A stretch of DNA of 32,000 bases from Thalassolituus sp. LLYu03. GTDB taxonomy: Bacteria; Pseudomonadota; Gammaproteobacteria; Pseudomonadales; Oceanobacteraceae. Made by a program: the position numbers and the translations under genes. How positions within the stretch are numbered: the stretch's first letter is position 1; each line of letters opens with the position of its first letter. Of the stretch, positions 27,017 to 32,000 are shown piece by piece. Under the pieces are notes generated by a model, which did no database searches, had not been told where the DNA came from, and worked only from the letters and a program-made list of their open reading frames with translations. The stretch lies in NCBI RefSeq assembly GCF_050507655.1, contig NZ_CP191496.1:2833022-2865021 (forward strand). Direction: 5' to 3'.

Positions 27017-29122
27017 TTATTCGACCAGTGCCACGCCCGGCTGTTCACCTTCGTTCCAGGTAAAGACCGGCGAAATCAGTTGCGGCTGTTGCTGACGTGG
27101 CTCGATCACAAAGCGGTATTCACCGCCTGCTACCGGGTTGTACCAGCGGGTTTCGTAGTCGGCCATGCCCTGATCTTCATCGTCGAGGTAACGTACTTCG
27201 ATGTCGTAACCGTCGTCGTCGACCGGCTCACCGTTCACCACCAGACGCTGCCACTGGCCATCGACCTTATGCTCCACCCGCACCAGCGGGTTGTGGAACT
27301 GAATGGCGTCCGGGGCTACGTCCGCCCAGCGCACGGCCACGTAGTTTTCTTCGTTGGCGCCATCGGCCAGCACGGCCTGCGGCTGTTCAAGCCAGCTGCG
27401 CTTGCCGGTGGACGACACCGCATCCGGCAGGAAGTCGTTCACTTTCAGGTTGTAGCGCCATTCGCCTTTCAGTTCTTCGACATTGCCGTCTTTCACCAGA
27501 TCGCGCGCCAGCAGGCCCAGCTGAGCAGTCAGGTACGGCGTTGAATACTGACCGTACAGCGTATGGCCACCTTCGTAATTCTGGCGACGGTATTCCTCGG
27601 GCGTGGTGGTGTAACCGAAATAACCATTGGCGTTGCTGGCCACCCAGACATAACGCGGTGCATCACCACCGGCCTGCAGTTCACTCTGTACCCGTTCCGC
27701 CATGCGGTGGCCGGATTCCGTGGTTGATTCAAATGGCACCGGCAGCACCACCATGTCGTTGATGCGCAGCAGCTGGAACATGACGGTATTGGGGAAGCTG
27801 TCTTTCGGTTCCAGAATCGGCTGCAGGAAGGAGAAGCCCAGATGGCGCTTGTTGCCCTGACAGCCGTCTTTGAAGAACCACCAGCGACGCGACATCAGGT
27901 TACCACCATGGAAAAACGGAATGGCCGTAAGCCATGGCGTACGGCGCTCATAGGCACCGGCGGCCACTGTGTTACCCACGGCCGCGTCGTGACAGATTTC
28001 CACGTCTTCCACTTTATTGTGGTCACGGATATTCAGCTCGCGGGCAGCGGTTTTCAGGGTGATATCCGCCGTCAGTTCACTGCCGAGGGATTCAAACAGA
28101 CCAATGGCTTCGCCGCCGATGCCCTGTCCGAGTTTTTTCGCCGCTTTCCAGTTCACCTCAAAATGACCGAACCAGTTGTCGCCGTGTTCTTCCAGCGCCG
28201 GCGCCATATCGCCCTGAGTGCCTGTGCTTAACGCGTGTACCACAGGCCAGGAGGTCTGGTATTCCTCACGGATTTTCCATTCCAGATCTTTCTGCGCGTA
28301 GGCGAACAGGTCGGCGTTATACACCTCAACCGGCACGGTCAGCGCCGTGGCGTGGACCGAGAAACTGGAAAACGCGGCCAGCGGTTTGTAGCGGCCGTCG
28401 TCGTCTTTCACGTCGACACGCACCATGTACAGCGCCGGGTTCACCGCTTTGAATTTGGCTTGCGGGTCATCGAGGCTGACGCCGGACACATCATCGTTCA
28501 GCACATAGGAGTCGAGCGCGCGGTTACGGTTGTAGCCGTAAATGTCTTTTTTACCGGTGGCAATTTTCGCCGGACGACGCGCTTCATACGCCTGAATGAT
28601 GCCCTCGCTGATGCGGCTGGCGGTGAATTCGAGGAACTCAGGTTCCAGCCACTGACCGCTCGACATGTGCTTGTTGTAGAAATCGTTGTCGAAGAAATTG
28701 ACCGGCGCCGAATGGCTGTGCGAGGCGGTAATGGCAATATCGCCGGCACCCAGGCCGGTTTTTTCCGCCACACGCGACGCCACTTCATGCTGCAGCAATA
28801 ACGAGGCCGCGGTGAGGTCGGTCTGCACCACGGCCAGTGCCTGACCTTTGCCGTCGTTCAGATACACCACCCGCGCCTTAATACGGGTACGGAAGCCTTC
28901 ACCGCGGTTGGCCATCACCGAATAACCGCCCATCGGCATGCCCGGTGGTGGTGTGATGTCCACCGACACGGCACCGGCGGTCGGGCCTTGCTGGCTTACG
29001 GCGGTATGAATACGGGCGTCGGGTTGCTGCACCACAATTTCCTGAGTGGCAGCACAGGCGGTCAACGCACTGAGAAAGGCGGCAGGCAGGAGCCTGGCCC
29101 AGCGAACGCGGGTAAGAGACAT
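27017..29122 (-). CDS. Neutral/alkaline non-lysosomal ceramidase family protein, predicted lipoprotein
   Basis: 701 aa. Lipobox-like LLPAAFLSALTACAAT, DITPPPGMPMGGY, ITASHSHSAPVNFF, SFSVHATALTVP, GTQGDMAPALEEHG. Confidence 0.85.
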   Translation of the reverse strand: MSLTRVRWARLLPAAFLSALTACAATQEIVVQQPDARIHTAVSQQGPTAGAVSVDITPPPGMPMGGYSVMANRGEGFRTRIKARVVYLNDGKGQALAVVQTDLTAASLLLQHEVASRVAEKTGLGAGDIAITASHSHSAPVNFFDNDFYNKHMSSGQWLEPEFLEFTASRISEGIIQAYEARRPAKIATGKKDIYGYNRNRALDSYVLNDDVSGVSLDDPQAKFKAVNPALYMVRVDVKDDDGRYKPLAAFSSFSVHATALTVPVEVYNADLFAYAQKDLEWKIREEYQTSWPVVHALSTGTQGDMAPALEEHGDNWFGHFEVNWKAAKKLGQGIGGEAIGLFESLGSELTADITLKTAARELNIRDHNKVEDVEICHDAAVGNTVAAGAYERRTPWLTAIPFFHGGNLMSRRWWFFKDGCQGNKRHLGFSFLQPILEPKDSFPNTVMFQLLRINDMVVLPVPFESTTESGHRMAERVQSELQAGGDAPRYVWVASNANGYFGYTTTPEEYRRQNYEGGHTLYGQYSTPYLTAQLGLLARDLVKDGNVEELKGEWRYNLKVNDFLPDAVSSTGKRSWLEQPQAVLADGANEENYVAVRWADVAPDAIQFHNPLVRVEHKVDGQWQRLVVNGEPVDDDGYDIEVRYLDDEDQGMADYETRWYNPVAGGEYRFVIEPRQQQPQLISPVFTWNEGEQPGVALVE

Positions 29123-29314
29123 GAGAATGACCTTTAATTGTTATTGTCAGGCTTTTGTGCACGTTTGTACCACATCAACCAGCCCGCTGCCACTGGCCGT
29201 TGCTGCCGTTTTTGTCCCGCTATCAACAACACAGAAATCGCTCGGCCCTACTGATTCCATTGTCAGTTTTTGGTCAAGATAGCAGGCTCAAAGAAATGGA
29301 TGTCCGGAGTCCCG

Positions 29315-30889
29315 ATGAGTTTGCGTTATACCCCTGCCACACTGGCACTGTCTGCCCTGCTGCTGAGTTCAGCCCACATGGCTCAGGCCGCTGAACGGAG
29401 CGAAGTCGACAGCGACCACAACGGTCTGATTGAAATCAACGACCTCGACGATCTGAACGAGATCCGCAATAACCCGCTGCCGAGCAATGCCTACGAGCTG
29501 CACGGCACGCATCTGTACGGTAACAACGGCGGTTGCCCGACGGCCGGTTGCAACGGTTACGAGCTGACCGCCGATCTGAACTTCGACACCAACGGCAACC
29601 AGCGTTTTGATGCCGGCGACCGCTTCTGGAACAACGGCAAAGGCTTTGAGCCCATCGGCAATTTCAATCTCAAATTTGCCGCCGAATTCCACGGCCAGAA
29701 CCACACCCTGCACAACCTGACCATCCACCGTCCCGGCGAATACTTCACTGCCCTGTTCGGCTATCTGGAAATGGCCAGCGTGCACCATCTGAATCTGACC
29801 GCCGATATTCAGGGCGGCGGTAACTCGGCGGCTCTGGCCGGTTACGCCTGGCGCTCTCTGTTTTATCAACTGCACGCCAACACTCAGGTGACCGCCAGCG
29901 ATTCCACCAGCAACAGCTGTGGGGCGTTCTGCAATGCCGGCGCCAATGGCGGTCTGATCGGCAGCGGCGAAGAACTCATGGTGCGTCAGGTGCTGCTCAA
30001 AACCCGGGTAACCGGGGCCGACGAAACCGGCGGTCTGGCCGGCTATCTGGCCGACAGTAATCTGGATGAAATCGGCGTTCAGGCAGAGGTCAGCGGCGAC
30101 AGCATGGTCGGCGGTCTGAGCGGAAAAATGACCCTGACCGCGGGCGACAGCGCCGCCATTACCAGCAGCGTCAAACGCAGTTTTGTCGCCGCCCGTGTCA
30201 ATGGTGAAAACCGCGTAGGGGTTCTGGCCGGCAGCCTGAAAGGCACGGACCTGAGCGATGTGATCGTCACCGGTGACCTGACACTGGCGGATCGTCAGTA
30301 CGTACGCGCCGGTGCGGTCGTAGGCTCAATGGACGGCGGCAGCAGCCTGCGTCTGCTGGCCACCGTGCGTCTGCCGGCCAACAGCGGCAACACGCGCTTT
30401 ATCGGCTCCTTCGCCGGTGAGAGCAGCGATCTGGTTCTGACCGATATTCAGAAAACCCACGTCGCGTCTGATCTGGCGCGCCGCAGCGACGGCAGCGGTA
30501 AGGGCTCACTGACCCCAAGCCAGCACTACCTGCTGAGTCACATTCAGTGCGCCACCGCCGCCAATGCCTGCGACAGCCTGCAGTACAGCGACTGGAATAC
30601 CGTGGTGAACAGTGGCAAAAAAGCGCTGTGGACCTTCGGTTCACAGGATCAGGTGCCGGGCGTGGTATTGCCGCAGGCAACTCTGGTCGACGCGGACGCC
30701 AACGGCGTGGCCGACAGCTGGCCGGCCATGGCGTCGCCGGATCCTGTTGACCCAGACCCGGTAGACCCGGATCCGGTAACACCCACTCCGGGTAAAAGCT
30801 CAGGCGGTGGCGCTCTGCTGATGTGGCTGTGGCTGCTGCCGCTGACGGCCGTGCTGCGCCGCCGGACTCTGCGTCCGGCCCGTGCCTGA
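29315..30889 (+). CDS. Surface/secreted GlyGly-CTERM protein with calcium-type loops
   Basis: ORF 29270..30889. Likely ATG at 29315 with GGAG upstream. SEVDSDHNGLIEINDLDDLNEIRNN, FDTNGNQRFDAGDRFWNNGKGFEPIGN, and PDPVDPDPVDPDPVTPTP linker followed by SSGGGALLMWLWLLPLTAVLRRR. Confidence 0.85.
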   Translation: MSLRYTPATLALSALLLSSAHMAQAAERSEVDSDHNGLIEINDLDDLNEIRNNPLPSNAYELHGTHLYGNNGGCPTAGCNGYELTADLNFDTNGNQRFDAGDRFWNNGKGFEPIGNFNLKFAAEFHGQNHTLHNLTIHRPGEYFTALFGYLEMASVHHLNLTADIQGGGNSAALAGYAWRSLFYQLHANTQVTASDSTSNSCGAFCNAGANGGLIGSGEELMVRQVLLKTRVTGADETGGLAGYLADSNLDEIGVQAEVSGDSMVGGLSGKMTLTAGDSAAITSSVKRSFVAARVNGENRVGVLAGSLKGTDLSDVIVTGDLTLADRQYVRAGAVVGSMDGGSSLRLLATVRLPANSGNTRFIGSFAGESSDLVLTDIQKTHVASDLARRSDGSGKGSLTPSQHYLLSHIQCATAANACDSLQYSDWNTVVNSGKKALWTFGSQDQVPGVVLPQATLVDADANGVADSWPAMASPDPVDPDPVDPDPVTPTPGKSSGGGALLMWLWLLPLTAVLRRRTLRPARA

Positions 30890-30917
30890 TCTGAAGGAAC
30901 TGGCAGCCCCGGTTGGT

Positions 30918-30984
30918 CAGGGCAAGTTGCCTGCTATTCATGAATAAGATTCACAACCGACTTGCCCTGATGGAAATCAGGGCA
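30918..30984. repeat. Three-arm inverted repeat cluster between convergent genes
   Basis: tcagggcaagt (30918-30928), acttgccctgat (30960-30971), atcagggca (30976-30984). The middle arm can pair with either flank. Confidence 0.55.
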
Positions 30985-31312
30985 GGCTTCTGAGCCCCGC
31001 GATCAGTTTTTCTTTTTCGGCTCTGGCCAGTTTTTTCACCCGCATTTCCGCCCGCAAGGCATCGCCGTGTGTTCCGACCGGCGTCTGATAGACCAGGGTC
31101 AGAGGCCCGCGCCCACGCAGCGCACGGGCGGTTTTCGGCCCGTTGGCACTGTGTTCAGCGAAGCGCCGGACGACGTCGGTGCTGATGCCGCAGTACAGGT
31201 TGCCGGACGCCATACGCACCAGATACAGGTGCCACGCGGGGCTTTCCGCCGGGGATTGCAGGGTCACGATTAATCCTTGCCGTGTCACAGAAAAGTCGTA
31301 TTGTACCCACAA
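30977..31312 (-). CDS. GIY-YIG nuclease-domain protein (YhbQ-like)
   Basis: 111 aa. WHLYLVRMASGNLYCGISTDVVRRFAEHSANGPKTARALRGRGPLTLVYQ..G..GDALRAEMRVKKLARAEKEKLI. Confidence 0.9.
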   Translation of the reverse strand: MWVQYDFSVTRQGLIVTLQSPAESPAWHLYLVRMASGNLYCGISTDVVRRFAEHSANGPKTARALRGRGPLTLVYQTPVGTHGDALRAEMRVKKLARAEKEKLIAGLRSLP

Positions 31313-31375
31313 ACCTGAGCCGCCCCCTTACAGGCGCAGAACATCAGGCAACTCACCGTACCAAGAAGTCGTTTT

Positions 31376-32000
31376 ATGCACGCTGTATTCCGCGAACCGA
31401 TAAGTGGCCTGACCCATCTGGCCGGCGCCATTTTCGCCATCGTTGCTCTCTGTATTCTCGCCGCTCAGGCTGCCCTGCACGGCGGCGTCTGGCACATGGT
31501 GTCGTTCATGATTTTCGGCGCCACGCTGCTGATCATGTTTGCCAGCAGCACGGTCTACCACCTCATTCACGCCTCGGACACCGTCATTCAATGGCTCAAA
31601 CGTGTCGACCACATGGCCATTTTCCTGCTCATTGCCGGTACGTATACGCCCATCTGTCTGGTGCCGCTGAACGGCAGCACAGGATGGTGGCTGTTCGGGG
31701 TGGTGTGGGCGCTGGCGATTTCCGGCGTGGTATTGAAGGTGGTCTGGATCAGCGCGCCGCGCTGGTTTTCGACCGTAATTTACGTGCTGATGGGCTGGCT
31801 TGTGGTGTTCGTTTACCCGGTGCTGGATAAGATTCCGCCCGGCGCGCTGGCGTGGATCACCTACGGCGGCCTCAGCTACACCATAGGCGCCGTGGTGTAC
31901 GCCACCAAGTGGCCAAATCCGTGGCCGAAGTGGTTCGGTTTCCACGAAATCTGGCATCTGTTTGTGATCGGCGGCGGTGTCTGCCATTTCTGGGCGATTG
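31376..32000 (+). CDS. TrhA/hemolysin III family membrane protein, partial (runs off window end)
   Basis: Own translation from ATG 31376: MHAVFREPISGLTHLAGAIFAIVALCILAAQ...FGATLLIMFASSTVYHLIHASD...WLKRVDHMAIFLLIAGTYTPICLVPL...GFHEIWHLFVIGGGVCHFWAI. Absent from the ORF track because it is open at the window end. Confidence 0.92.
   Translation, partial: MHAVFREPISGLTHLAGAIFAIVALCILAAQAALHGGVWHMVSFMIFGATLLIMFASSTVYHLIHASDTVIQWLKRVDHMAIFLLIAGTYTPICLVPLNGSTGWWLFGVVWALAISGVVLKVVWISAPRWFSTVIYVLMGWLVVFVYPVLDKIPPGALAWITYGGLSYTIGAVVYATKWPNPWPKWFGFHEIWHLFVIGGGVCHFWAI

Noticed and set aside
31328-31987. 219-aa minus-strand ORF and 31282..31830 plus-strand ORF near the window end
   Set aside because: Both overlap the plus-strand frame from 31376, which translates into a clear TrhA/hemolysin III protein. 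The real gene is missing from the track only because it is truncated.
1-32000. Defence island, prophage, CRISPR, transposon, biosynthetic cluster
   Set aside because: No integrase, transposase, capsid, Cas, toxin-antitoxin, NRPS/PKS or regularly spaced repeat pattern was seen. The content is housekeeping and envelope genes.

Overview
The window looks like ordinary gammaproteobacterial chromosome (marine Oceanospirillales-like by gene content, which is inference). It shows no tRNA/rRNA, CRISPR array, transposase or phage module. About 20 protein-coding genes can be supported. Minus strand: DUF1302 outer-membrane protein, Pla-1/cef/VolA-like lipase, purU, amtB plus a tightly linked unknown gene, a di-CxxCH lipoprotein, a PhoX-like DUF839 lipoprotein, class I fumarase, a DUF2846-like lipoprotein, an acyl-CoA-dehydrogenase-like remnant plus a membrane coiled-coil protein, gspD/gspC/gspN, a neutral-ceramidase-family lipoprotein and a GIY-YIG protein. 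Plus strand: thiolase, unknown exported protein, CBS-domain protein, ppnN, two tandem paralogous small exported proteins, sodB, a Maf-like protein, a GlyGly-CTERM protein and a partial TrhA/hemolysin III family protein running off the end. Several hairpin terminators are readable. I cannot demonstrate a new biological system. The best leads are the di-heme, calcium-loop-bearing lipoprotein beside a non-Tat PhoX-like lipoprotein, the ceramidase-family protein whose catalytic serine motif appears altered (GDMAPA), the amtB operon without glnK but with an unknown cytosolic gene, the tandem YNRSTS paralogs, the degenerate ACAD-like protein overlapping a coiled-coil membrane protein gene, and structured leaders upstream of fumA, phoX and the lipase.
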